NCBI GenBank assembly: GCA_964584135.1
Contig: CAZOYN010000002.1
Coordinates: 918 to 40,234, forward strand
DNA length: 39,317 nucleotides
Source: an uncultured Candidatus Saccharibacteria bacterium
Lineage (GTDB): Bacteria > Patescibacteriota > Saccharimonadia > Saccharimonadales > UBA4665
Direction of reading: 5' to 3'
The notes below the pieces were generated by a model that was not told where the DNA came from, did no database searches, and was given only the letters and a program-made list of their open reading frames with translations. Of this stretch, positions 1 through 8,531 are shown one piece after another. The first letter of the stretch is position 1, and each line of letters starts with the position of its first letter. Both the position numbers and the translations under genes were made by a program.

Positions 1-72
1 TTTTTTTAAGCAGTACACGGGATACGCTCTAATGAGCGGTGAATGGAGTTCAGTCGGGTGCTCTTCCGATCT
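1..72. other. Non-biological sequence: degraded Illumina TruSeq P7 index-adapter remnant after a T7 run
   Basis: nt 8-72 align to CAAGCAGAAGACGGCATACGAGAT-[index]-GTGACTGGAGTTCAGACGTGTGCTCTTCCGATCT. Blocks TGGAGTTCAG (44-53) and GTGCTCTTCCGATCT (58-72) are exact; substitutions are scattered elsewhere. Confidence 0.85.
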
Positions 73-73
73 G

Positions 74-529
74 GCAATGACCTGCGAACAAGCCCTAGAA
101 TTTTTTAGTAACATCCCGGCCATTGCCCGCAAGCTGCAAACGCTGGTACACGTTGGCCTGGGCTACATTACGCTTGGCCAACCAGCCACCACCCTCAGCG
201 GTGGCGAAGCCCAACGTATTAAACTTTCCACCGAACTCTCACGCCGGCCAACCGGACGAACGCTTTATATTTTGGACGAACCGACCACCGGTTTACATAT
301 GGCCGACGTAGATAAGCTGCTCAAGATGCTGCATGCCCTCGTAGACGCGGGCAACAGCATGGTGGTTATCGAGCACAACCTGGACGTGATTAAAAACGCT
401 GACTGGCTCATAGACATGGGTCCGGAAGGCGGTGATGCCGGCGGCCAAATTGTCGCTTATGGCACACCTGAACAGGTTGCCAAAGTAGCCAGCAGCTACA
501 CCGGCCAATACCTCAAAAAACTACTTTAG
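74..529 (+). CDS. uvrA: Excinuclease ABC subunit A, C-terminal fragment (5' end off contig)
   Basis: UvrA second ABC module: signature [11 protein letters not shown], Walker [30 protein letters not shown]-terminal SYTGQYL. The ORF-track Met at 32 lies inside adapter sequence, so it is not a real start. Confidence 0.9.
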   Translation, partial: AMTCEQALEFFSNIPAIARKLQTLVHVGLGYITLGQPATTLSGGEAQRIKLSTELSRRPTGRTLYILDEPTTGLHMADVDKLLKMLHALVDAGNSMVVIEHNLDVIKNADWLIDMGPEGGDAGGQIVAYGTPEQVAKVASSYTGQYLKKLL

Positions 530-654
530 AGTTCAATCAGAATCTCATACTTGTCCCAATCAAATGGCGGCAGCTCTTCGGTAGTTGCTTCCACAGCCAA
601 TTTCCCAAAGATTTCCGACATGTTAGGGAAGGGTAGTTCTAATTGCTCGGCCAT
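526..654 (-). CDS. Possible 42-aa acidic small protein (below ORF-track cut-off)
   Basis: [55 protein letters not shown] -10-like hexamer lies 6 nt upstream of the ATG. The stop overlaps the uvrA stop codon. No other support. Confidence 0.25.
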   Translation of the reverse strand: MAEQLELPFPNMSEIFGKLAVEATTEELPPFDWDKYEILIEL

Positions 655-731
655 AACCCAAGCGTAGCAACCAAACATTAACTAAAAATTAAATTTAGCA
701 AAAATAGCAAAAGATTGTATAATAACCAGTT

Positions 732-1301
732 ATGAGTAAAGCCTGGCGCATGAGCGCAATTGACTGCTATGCCGGCCAAGAAGCATACATGATGTATGCC
801 ACCGGCCTGGCAGTTTTAAACGATCCTGAAGAAACGGATGGATTGCACCTGCGTGACCTGGCGTCAGCAAGTGATAGGGAAGAGGTGTTGACGTATGCCC
901 AGTCACTTATCTGGGCCGGTCTGGGTGAGATTATCCGTTTTGCTAACCCGCCAAACTGCCGTAGCCCACTCCAAAAGGCGGAACCGCATTTTGAACAAGC
1001 CCAACCCCACATGAGAAAAATTCTTGAAAAGACGTGTTCAAGTCAAAGCGGCCGGCTGGAGCAGCTTCACGCTATGATAGCAGTACTTCGTCCTTTACCA
1101 GTCGCGACGAACGAACAAACCTACAGGGCAATCGCGCATGGGCGAAGACATCTTGTTAAGGTACGGCATGTTATGGGTGGCTTTGCCCTCGGTAAACCTT
1201 TTGGCAGTGAAGTCTATGATCGAAACTTTTCCGTTGTTCGAAATAAGCCTAAAGCACAAAGAGCTGACCTAGGGCTGGTTACTAGGGTAAGGCAAAAGTA
1301 A
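732..1301 (+). CDS. Hypothetical protein
   Basis: 189-aa ORF with balanced composition. TATAAT (718-723) ends 8 nt before the ATG and there is no SD. No recognisable motif. Confidence 0.6.
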   Translation: MSKAWRMSAIDCYAGQEAYMMYATGLAVLNDPEETDGLHLRDLASASDREEVLTYAQSLIWAGLGEIIRFANPPNCRSPLQKAEPHFEQAQPHMRKILEKTCSSQSGRLEQLHAMIAVLRPLPVATNEQTYRAIAHGRRHLVKVRHVMGGFALGKPFGSEVYDRNFSVVRNKPKAQRADLGLVTRVRQK

Positions 1302-1302
1302 T

Positions 1303-1899
1303 TTACACGCGCTTCTTAAGCAAGGCTTTCGTCAGATGGTAGATTGTGGGGCCGAGGGTGAAGATCATAACCGCAGCGACGGCTAATAGGATGTAGTGGT
1401 CAAGGTTAGGGATTTTGCTGCCGAACCAGTAGCCGACAAGGGTTACGCTGGCCGCCCAGGCGCTGTCACCAATGGTGTCAAAAAACACGAACTGCTTATA
1501 TTGCATGTGGGCCACACCAGCCACGGCCGGGGCAAAGGTGCGGATAATTGGTACAAAGTGGGCCAGCAGCATGGTTTTGCTGCCAAATCTTTCGTAAAAG
1601 GCCTCAGCCCGGCCGATGTACTCTTGGCGGAAGACCAGGCCATCGGGCTTGCGGAATAAGCGCCGGCCGTAGCGTTTGCCAATGTGGTAGCCGGTGTTGT
1701 CGCCTGCAATGGCCGCTGCAGCAATGACTAAAATTGTCCAAAGTAATGGTAATTTCCCCTGGCCGGCAAAGACACCAGCCGTCAAGAGCAGGGTATCGCC
1801 GGGAAAGAAAAAGCCAATAAACATGCCCGATTCGCCAAAGATAATGGCGGCGATCAGCGCCAGCCCGCCAGTTTGTATGAGGTGCTCCACGTTTAGCAT
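1303..1899 (-). CDS. DedA/VTT-domain family membrane protein
   Basis: Multi-TM protein with the DedA core GESGMFIGFFFPGDTLLLTAGVFAG ... AGDNTGYHIGKRYGRRLF. Confidence 0.85.
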   Translation of the reverse strand: MLNVEHLIQTGGLALIAAIIFGESGMFIGFFFPGDTLLLTAGVFAGQGKLPLLWTILVIAAAAIAGDNTGYHIGKRYGRRLFRKPDGLVFRQEYIGRAEAFYERFGSKTMLLAHFVPIIRTFAPAVAGVAHMQYKQFVFFDTIGDSAWAASVTLVGYWFGSKIPNLDHYILLAVAAVMIFTLGPTIYHLTKALLKKRV

Positions 1900-1973
1900 G
1901 TTCTCTAAGCTTAGCGGTTTCGCCAGCCAGCGTCCAGTTCTGGTATAATAAGATAACGAAAGAAGAGGTACGA

Positions 1974-2732
1974 ATGTCCCAGGACGCTATTAACTTGACT
2001 TTAGAGCCCCGCGAAGTAACCGGCAAGGCCGTGAAGCACTTACGCAAAGATGGTGTGGTGCCGGCGGTCATTCACGACCACGGCAAAGATTCACTGTCTG
2101 TCCAGGGCGATTACTTACAGATGTTGCGCGTCTGGCAGCAGGCCGGCAAGCACCACCCGGTACAGCTCAAAACTGGCGACTTACGGTTTACCGCGCTTAT
2201 CAAAACCGCTACCTTTGACCCTAAGCGGCATGAACTGACGCACGTGGTGTTTAACGCCGTTGATAAGAATCAAAAAGTCGAGGCCGAAATACCAATTCAC
2301 CCCCGTTATGACGAAGGTAACGAATCTAGCCCGGCCGAGCGCGCCGGCCTGATTGTGCTCACCCAACTCGATGCTGTCGCCGTTACGGCCATACCTACCA
2401 ACCTGCCGGATTTCCTGGAATATGACGCTGAAAAACTGGTTGAAATTGGCGACCACGCCACCGTTGCCGACCTGGTTGTCCCCGAAGGCGTGGAAATAGA
2501 AACCGAAGCTGAGCACACTATTGCCACGGTGTACGAGCCAAGCGCCTTGGCCGCAGCCAATGACGCCGCCGGCGGTACTGCCGAACCGGAAGACGCCGAA
2601 ACCGTTGAATCTGAACACGAAAGTGGCACCGAAGAAGGCACCCAAGATGCCGAAAACCGCCCCGGCGGCAAGGATCAAAAAGAGCCGAAGCCAGCTTCGG
2701 TTGAAGCCGCTCACGAAGACAAACAAGCCTAA
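1974..2732 (+). CDS. rplY: 50S ribosomal protein L25/general stress protein Ctc, with a long acidic C-terminal tail
   Basis: N-terminus LTLEPREVTGKAVKHLRKDGVVPAVIH...LQ...HHPVQLK is typical of the L25/Ctc fold. TGgTATAAT (1941-1949) and a GAAGAGG SD lie upstream. Confidence 0.85.
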   Translation: MSQDAINLTLEPREVTGKAVKHLRKDGVVPAVIHDHGKDSLSVQGDYLQMLRVWQQAGKHHPVQLKTGDLRFTALIKTATFDPKRHELTHVVFNAVDKNQKVEAEIPIHPRYDEGNESSPAERAGLIVLTQLDAVAVTAIPTNLPDFLEYDAEKLVEIGDHATVADLVVPEGVEIETEAEHTIATVYEPSALAAANDAAGGTAEPEDAETVESEHESGTEEGTQDAENRPGGKDQKEPKPASVEAAHEDKQA

Positions 2733-2737
2733 ACCCC

Positions 2738-3238
2738 ATGCCCTGGTTCCACCCCAAAACCCTGCTCGATAAAACCTATGAAATCGGCATCATCATCAAG
2801 GGTATTGATGGAACGCTGGAACTGATTGGCGGCCTGCTGGTTTTAACTCTAAGCTCTGGAACCGTAGCCAGTATTACCCGTTTTCTAACGCAACATGAAT
2901 TAAGTCAGGATCCTCATGACTTTATAGCGGTGCACATCCAGCATCTTGGCAACAATTTACAAGCTGGCCACAATATATTTGCCGCGGCTTTCTTGCTCAC
3001 ACATGGCCTAGTTAAAGTCGTGCTGGTGATTTGCCTGTTGTTGAATAAGCTCTGGGCATATCCCTGGGCACTGGGCGCCCTTGGCCTGTTCCTGGTCTAC
3101 CAAATCTACTTGTTGGTTACCAAGCCAACTTTTGGCATGGCCTTCCTGACCCTACTGGACGTCATCATTATTTGGCTGGTCTGGCGCGAGTGGCAGAAGC
3201 AAAAACCGGCCCAAAACCAGCCCCAGCCAGCTGCCTGA
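2738..3238 (+). CDS. Membrane protein, DUF2127-like
   Basis: Four TM helices. The N-terminal IIKGIDGTLELIGGLLVL, the SQDPHD loop and the C-terminal WLVWREW layout match what I remember of DUF2127. Confidence 0.6.
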   Translation: MPWFHPKTLLDKTYEIGIIIKGIDGTLELIGGLLVLTLSSGTVASITRFLTQHELSQDPHDFIAVHIQHLGNNLQAGHNIFAAAFLLTHGLVKVVLVICLLLNKLWAYPWALGALGLFLVYQIYLLVTKPTFGMAFLTLLDVIIIWLVWREWQKQKPAQNQPQPAA

Positions 3239-3295
3239 CATTGCGAGAACATAGTTTTTATCCTATACTAAGCTGTTTGTAGCCGCTAAATACTC

Positions 3296-4708
3296 ATGGA
3301 AAACTCACCCTTAAGCCCAGAAGACGGCGCGGATAAGCCGGAGATTGGCAAGAAAAAGAAGAAAGCCGAAGCCATTGGTGCTTTTATCGTTGAGCCGAAA
3401 GCTGAGGCAGCAGAGAAAAAAGAGCCTGAAAAGCCAGACGGCTGGTGGGAAAAGCTCACCGGCAAAGATGAAGAGTTGGCCGAAGCACCACTTGATGAAC
3501 TGAGTGAAGACGAAAAGCAGTATGTTGAACGCGAGATTGTCCAAGCCGAGCAACAATCAGAAACTGAATTAGCCGCCACTCCTGAAGTGGGCTACGATGC
3601 GGAAGAATTAGCTGCCGAGCAAGCAGTGGGGAATTTCCGCCACAAGATTGTTGAGGAAGGTAAGACATCGGACGAGGCCCTGGCTGAAACCGTTGATGAA
3701 ATTGACGCTGGAATGCCTCCGTCAGAACCGCCTGAAATTCCCCCGGCAGAAATTTCGCCTGCCGCACCGGCCGAGTTCACGGGCGACGAGGGCTATGTTC
3801 CGCTTCACGAAACATCGATTAACACCTATAGCGCGCCGGTAATCAACAAGCCGGAAGCTACACCCGTTGCTCAAGAGCAGGCTTCTAACGACGTCGGCAT
3901 GCTTCTGCTAGGCGGTATTATTGGTTACCTGGTTGGCCGCCGCAGGGGACGGATTAAAACCGAGAAGCGTTTGCTGCCGGTCCAGAAAAAGCTCGAAAAG
4001 CAAGTATTGGATTTGCGGCAGGAGATTGTGGCCAAAGAAGCCCAGATCCGCCAAGTTGTACACAAAAAATTCCGAGCCGAGCAGCCTGAAAGGCTCCGCG
4101 AGACAAAGCTCGAAGCCCGCGAACTACACGCTGCAGTACCGCCAGAACGGATCGGTCGGGTGATCGTAACGGCTGAGGCTGACCGCGCGCCAAAAGCCCA
4201 AGCTATACCGGAGCGTTCAAAGGCGAAACCGCTTGAGGTAGAAAAACGAATCGAAACATTGAGCCGAAGCGAATTGCTGCAGCTGAGTGAACAGGTTATC
4301 GTAGAAGCCACCACCCTGCGCCAAATTTACGAATCCCACCTGATTGGCGAACGCGGCCTGCGCCGCTTACTCGTGGAGCACCTCCGTGGCGGCGACGTGA
4401 AGCGGCTGCTGCGCCGTGAGCTTGTGGAGCATGAAATCGACTTTGAGCGCGACCCTATCATGCGCGACCGGGCCAAGGCGGCCATGCAAGGCGGCGGCGC
4501 CAAGGCTCTCAACGCCATGCTGCAAAAAGTCGACAGCTTAACAACTGACGAGGCCAAAGAAGAACTGGCAATCTATAAAGCCCGGGAGGTCCACATGGTG
4601 GCCCAGCAAGCAATCGCTAACCGTCGGCGCCAGCTCCTCGATGTGTCGCTCATTACCGTGATTGCAGTCCTCCTAGCCATTGTGATCATGCTTTTTCTGA
4701 CCAATTAG
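3296..4708 (+). CDS. Hypothetical Glu/Lys-rich coiled-coil membrane protein
   Basis: 470 aa. Acidic low-complexity N-half, central TM (MLLLGGIIGYLVG + RRRGR), coiled-coil region, C-terminal TM (VSLITVIAVLLAIVIMLFL). Confidence 0.7.
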   Translation: MENSPLSPEDGADKPEIGKKKKKAEAIGAFIVEPKAEAAEKKEPEKPDGWWEKLTGKDEELAEAPLDELSEDEKQYVEREIVQAEQQSETELAATPEVGYDAEELAAEQAVGNFRHKIVEEGKTSDEALAETVDEIDAGMPPSEPPEIPPAEISPAAPAEFTGDEGYVPLHETSINTYSAPVINKPEATPVAQEQASNDVGMLLLGGIIGYLVGRRRGRIKTEKRLLPVQKKLEKQVLDLRQEIVAKEAQIRQVVHKKFRAEQPERLRETKLEARELHAAVPPERIGRVIVTAEADRAPKAQAIPERSKAKPLEVEKRIETLSRSELLQLSEQVIVEATTLRQIYESHLIGERGLRRLLVEHLRGGDVKRLLRRELVEHEIDFERDPIMRDRAKAAMQGGGAKALNAMLQKVDSLTTDEAKEELAIYKAREVHMVAQQAIANRRRQLLDVSLITVIAVLLAIVIMLFLTN

Positions 4709-4729
4709 CAACGGCTATAATACTATCTA

Positions 4730-5623
4730 ATGCAAAAAATCATTCTCTATTATCAATTCAGACCAATCGCCGACCCCGAAGCGATAAAGTTATGGCAGCG
4801 TACCTTAGGCGAAAAGTTACAACTAAAAGGCCGCGTGCTCATTTCACCCCACGGCATTAACGGCACGCTGGGCGGCGACACCGACGACCTGAAAACCTAC
4901 GTTAAAGAAACCAAAAGCTACTTTAAAAACACCACCTTTAAGTGGAGTGACGGCAGCCGCGACGATTTCCCAAAACTATCGGTTAAAGTCCGTCCGGAAA
5001 TCGTTAGTTTTGGCGCGGCCGACGAGATCAAAGTTGACGAACGAGGTATTGTGGGCGGCGGCCAGCGCCTGTCGCCGAAAGCTGTCCACAAACTGGTTAA
5101 GGCGCGCGGCCAGGACGTCGTTTTCTTTGATGGCCGCAATGCTTACGAAGCCGGAGTCGGCAAGTTTAAAGACGCGGTTGTGCCCCGGGTGAAACATACG
5201 CGTGACTTTGTAAAAGAACTCGACGACTCCAAATACGAAGCCATCAAAAACAAGCCGGTCGTCACCTACTGCACCGGCGGCATCCGCTGTGAAGTATTGA
5301 GCGTACTGATGAAAAACCGTGGCTTCCAGGAAGTCTACCAAATGGATGGTGGCATCGTGAAATATGGCGAAGAATATGGTGATACCGGCTTGTGGGAAGG
5401 CTCCCTGTACGTCTTTGACGGCCGTATGGGCACCAAATTTACCGATGACGCCTCAGATATTGGAGCTTGCACACACTGCGGCAACAACACCAGCAATTAC
5501 GTTAATTGTGTTAACAAAACATGCAATAGTTTGACACTCATTTGTACTAATTGCCAAAAAGAGCGTATAATCTCCTGCCAGAACTGCACGAAGGAGAGAA
5601 CCAGTGCCCGACTACAGACATGA
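4730..5623 (+). CDS. trhO: Rhodanese-domain tRNA uridine(34) hydroxylase (UPF0176/YceA family)
   Basis: ILYYQF...[17 protein letters not shown]-domain, rhodanese active-site loop [11 protein letters not shown], Cys-rich C-terminus. TATAAT (4716-4721) ends 8 nt before the ATG. Confidence 0.85.
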   Translation: MQKIILYYQFRPIADPEAIKLWQRTLGEKLQLKGRVLISPHGINGTLGGDTDDLKTYVKETKSYFKNTTFKWSDGSRDDFPKLSVKVRPEIVSFGAADEIKVDERGIVGGGQRLSPKAVHKLVKARGQDVVFFDGRNAYEAGVGKFKDAVVPRVKHTRDFVKELDDSKYEAIKNKPVVTYCTGGIRCEVLSVLMKNRGFQEVYQMDGGIVKYGEEYGDTGLWEGSLYVFDGRMGTKFTDDASDIGACTHCGNNTSNYVNCVNKTCNSLTLICTNCQKERIISCQNCTKERTSARLQT

Positions 5624-5831
5624 TGTGCTGCCGCTCAGTGACCATGAGATACTGGCTTTCGCCCACATTTCAGAGGAGCTCGACACCGAAATTGAGCGAA
5701 ACGTGGAGCGACAAACCCAGCGGCGCCAGAGGCTCACCGAAATCGCCAAATACGCCGCTAGCTTTATTGTTTTTAGTGCGGTCTACTACGTTGGTCTAAA
5801 AACTGGTGTTATTAGCCCCGATGGCCCCTAG
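5604..5831 (+). CDS. Small tail-anchored membrane protein (hypothetical)
   Basis: GTG start preceded by a GGAG SD (5592-5595). 75 aa with a C-terminal TM ([15 protein letters not shown]). Overlaps the trhO end by 20 nt. Confidence 0.4.
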   Translation: MPDYRHDVLPLSDHEILAFAHISEELDTEIERNVERQTQRRQRLTEIAKYAASFIVFSAVYYVGLKTGVISPDGP

Positions 5832-5921
5832 CCCGAGGTTTCTCTAAAAGGTTAAAAGGCTCCAACTAAGTGAATGCGATAAGCTATTGCACAAAACCAT
5901 CTTTTATTGTAATGTACGCTT

Positions 5922-6269
5922 ATGGAAAGACCAATCCAGTCGAGTGGTGGGGATTACGAGCATGATAGTTTTGAGGATGAGCGGCATAGAGTAGCTGACT
6001 ATGCTGAAAAGATCGGGCTGTCCATTGAGACTGCACCTGAAGATGAAAGAGATACGTTAATTCGTGATGTTAATACTGGACTGAGTCATTCCGGATTAGC
6101 GATTGTTAAAACTAGTGGTAGGCGGTATGTCTCACCAGACCAAATGCACCCTGAGGATGCTGCCCGGGCTGTTGCGGAACGAGTCGGGGAGATGTTTGGG
6201 CACGAATCTGCAGATGGTGTTGGACGGATCGAGGCTGCAATTATCAAACGCCGCAAACGTCGCAGATAA
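5922..6269 (+). CDS. Hypothetical protein with basic C-terminal tail
   Basis: 115-aa ORF, acidic body, KRRKRRR tail. No recognisable motif. Confidence 0.5.
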   Translation: MERPIQSSGGDYEHDSFEDERHRVADYAEKIGLSIETAPEDERDTLIRDVNTGLSHSGLAIVKTSGRRYVSPDQMHPEDAARAVAERVGEMFGHESADGVGRIEAAIIKRRKRRR

Positions 6270-6285
6270 GGTTATACTTACAGGT

Positions 6286-7785
6286 GTGACAGTAGTTGAC
6301 ACACATCTCAAATCGCGCTTGGCGGCGTTGCCCAAGGCGCCCGGTGTTTATTTTCATAAAGACAACAAGGGCGAGATTATTTATGTGGGTAAAGCGGCTG
6401 TATTACGCAACCGCGTGCGGCAATATTTTCAGACGAGTCGCGGCCGGGACCCAAAAACCGAAGCTTTGGTGGCTGAAATTGTCGATGTTGACTGGATGGT
6501 GGTTGACAGCGAGCTGGAAGCCTTGTTCCTGGAAGCCGAAATGATCCGACGCTACATGCCGCGTTACAACATCTTGCTGCGTGACGATAAATCAATGGCT
6601 TATATCCGGATTGATTATGACAGCGATTACCCAACTGTTAGCACGACCCGCCGGCCGCTTGACGATGGCGCCCGCTATTTTGGCCCGTATTTTAGTGTGT
6701 TAGCGGTGCGTCAAGCTCTGAAGTTGTTGCGCAAAGTTTTCCCCTTTGCCACCCGCCGTTTTGCTGGACAAAAGCGGGCAACCTTGCATTATCACCTTGG
6801 CCTGGACCCAGGGCTGGAAGAAGGCAAGACCAGCATGGAAGCCTACCGGGCAAATTTACGTAAACTGATGGCTATCATTGAGGGTAAAAAAGCCAGGATC
6901 ATCAAGGAGCTTGAAAAGGAGATGAAGCGTAGGGCCAAGGCAAAGGATTTTGAATCAGCTGCCCGGCTGCGTAACCAGCTGTTTAGCCTTCAAGGTCTCA
7001 GCCGACAGGTCATTTTTAGTGACAAAGAGTTCCTCGATATTAGCAAAGATCATGCCCTAAATGAGTTAGTTAACTTGCTAAGTATTAACAAATTTCCGCA
7101 GCGTATCGAGGGTTACGACATCTCACATATGCAAGGTAGTGATGTGGTGGCCAGTATGGTGGTGTTCACAAATGGCGTCAGTAACAAGGCTGAATACCGC
7201 AAATTCAAGACAAAAACTAACCAAAACAACGACTTTTACAATATGAACGAAACTATCAAACGCCGGCTGAGTGACAAGAATCGCAAAGCCTGGGGCTTGC
7301 CAGATTTAGTATTAATTGATGGCGGTAAGGGCCAACTGGACGCCGCTATTACAGCCCGGGATGCACAAGGTTGCCCGCAAATCTCGTTTATTGGATTAGC
7401 TAAGCGTGAAGAGCAGCTTGTTATCAAAAAACAGGGGTCTAACGTAATACTTGACGAGTCAAGTATGCGCAAATTAGGTGGCTTTGCCTCTGAGAGTCAG
7501 GATTTTATCTTGGTAAACCTGCCGCGCAATACGAATGTAGTCAAGCTCCTGCAGCGGATCCGCGACGAGTCGCACCGCTTTGCCGTCAGCTACCACAGCG
7601 TACTAAAAGTAAAACGCCAAACCGTCAGCGCGCTTGATGATATCCCGGGTATTGGTCCGGCTACCCGCAAAAAGTTATTGCGGATATTTGGCAGCATCCG
7701 TGGCGTCGCCCAAGCCAGTGAAGCGGAAATTGCTGGCGTCGTCGGCGCTACAAAGGCACACACTATTAAGCGTGGTTTAGCCTAA
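6286..7785 (+). CDS. uvrC: Excinuclease ABC subunit C
   Basis: GIY-YIG (PGVYFHKDNKGEIIYVGKA...LRNRVRQYF), UVR motif (KDFESAARLRNQLFSL), C-terminal (HhH)2 (IPGIGPATRKKLLRIFGS). The track start at 6103 lies inside the previous gene. The first in-frame start after that gene's stop is GTG 6286, 7 nt after TATACT (6273-6278). Confidence 0.85.
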   Translation: MTVVDTHLKSRLAALPKAPGVYFHKDNKGEIIYVGKAAVLRNRVRQYFQTSRGRDPKTEALVAEIVDVDWMVVDSELEALFLEAEMIRRYMPRYNILLRDDKSMAYIRIDYDSDYPTVSTTRRPLDDGARYFGPYFSVLAVRQALKLLRKVFPFATRRFAGQKRATLHYHLGLDPGLEEGKTSMEAYRANLRKLMAIIEGKKARIIKELEKEMKRRAKAKDFESAARLRNQLFSLQGLSRQVIFSDKEFLDISKDHALNELVNLLSINKFPQRIEGYDISHMQGSDVVASMVVFTNGVSNKAEYRKFKTKTNQNNDFYNMNETIKRRLSDKNRKAWGLPDLVLIDGGKGQLDAAITARDAQGCPQISFIGLAKREEQLVIKKQGSNVILDESSMRKLGGFASESQDFILVNLPRNTNVVKLLQRIRDESHRFAVSYHSVLKVKRQTVSALDDIPGIGPATRKKLLRIFGSIRGVAQASEAEIAGVVGATKAHTIKRGLA

Positions 7786-8459
7786 ACGGCTTCCGCGGTT
7801 CTGACACTTGGCTGTGTGTCAATGGCAAACTTCGGTATGACAATGGGGGGCGAAAAACCCACCTCCCCGCTTAATAGGGCTGTCGCGGCAAGCGCTGTCC
7901 GTACTGAGAAATCGCGCGGTTCCCAATTAAGGCGCGTTGCCACACGTTCTAAACGTCGAGTAATTGCTTTTAGCGAGTACATACAAAGGCTAGCGATTTC
8001 AGTATTTGTGTGGCCGGTCGACACAAGGTCTATAGCTGCTGTTTCCGCGGGCGATAGGCCTATCGGCTGGCAAGCTTGTCTAACACAATAAACGCCTGCA
8101 CTCAAGAGGTAGCGCGGCAACGTATTCCGGTCGATCCGTATAAAGTTATCCGGTTTGTTTAAACCCAACTCGTCAAATACGTCCCCAAGATGTTTTTTTA
8201 CGGTACCCCTATGAGTATGGGTTGCTTCGCTCACCTGTTCATTAGTTAAGCCAAGTGAGGCCAGGATAGCGCTCTTTACTTGTGCCTCGGTGAGGGAGTC
8301 ATAAAAAGTGCTGTTTTTGTTTACCGCCAAAAAACCATCCTCAATGCCGACTTCTTCAATTGTGGCCTGGCGCAAATCCGATAAACCAGCACCGTACAGG
8401 GCGATACGCGGACCATACTCCCGTAAGACCAAAGACTCTTTAGCCATAATATTTATCAT
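7782..8459 (-). CDS. Transcriptional regulator with two LuxR/GerE-type HTH repeats
   Basis: Two HTH-like segments: LTNEQVSEATHTHRGTVKKHLGDVFDELGL and LSPAETAAIDLVSTGHTNTEIASLCMYSLKAITRRLERVATRLN. Convergent with uvrC, 4-nt overlap. Start could be M5 at 8447. Confidence 0.55.
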   Translation of the reverse strand: MINIMAKESLVLREYGPRIALYGAGLSDLRQATIEEVGIEDGFLAVNKNSTFYDSLTEAQVKSAILASLGLTNEQVSEATHTHRGTVKKHLGDVFDELGLNKPDNFIRIDRNTLPRYLLSAGVYCVRQACQPIGLSPAETAAIDLVSTGHTNTEIASLCMYSLKAITRRLERVATRLNWEPRDFSVRTALAATALLSGEVGFSPPIVIPKFAIDTQPSVRTAEAV

Positions 8460-8531
8460 TTTGTCAAAAATGGTGTCTTAATGCAACCCTAGAGGTAGCA
8501 GGCGAAATTTGCTATACTTGGAGTCTGATTT

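Noticed and set aside
32-73. Met start of the first ORF
   Set aside because: The codons derive from adapter sequence, so uvrA is a 5'-truncated fragment.
1396-2757. Alternative-frame and antisense ORFs over the DedA and L25 genes, and similar ones over 3296-4708, 4730-5623, 8532-9767, 10363-12141 and 12494-14131
   Set aside because: Each is nested within a longer ORF that has clear family motifs, and the translations are low complexity.
6103-6285. ORF-track N-terminal extension of uvrC
   Set aside because: It would overlap the preceding ORF by 167 nt, and the extra residues precede the GIY-YIG N-terminus. GTG 6286 follows the upstream stop and a -10 box.
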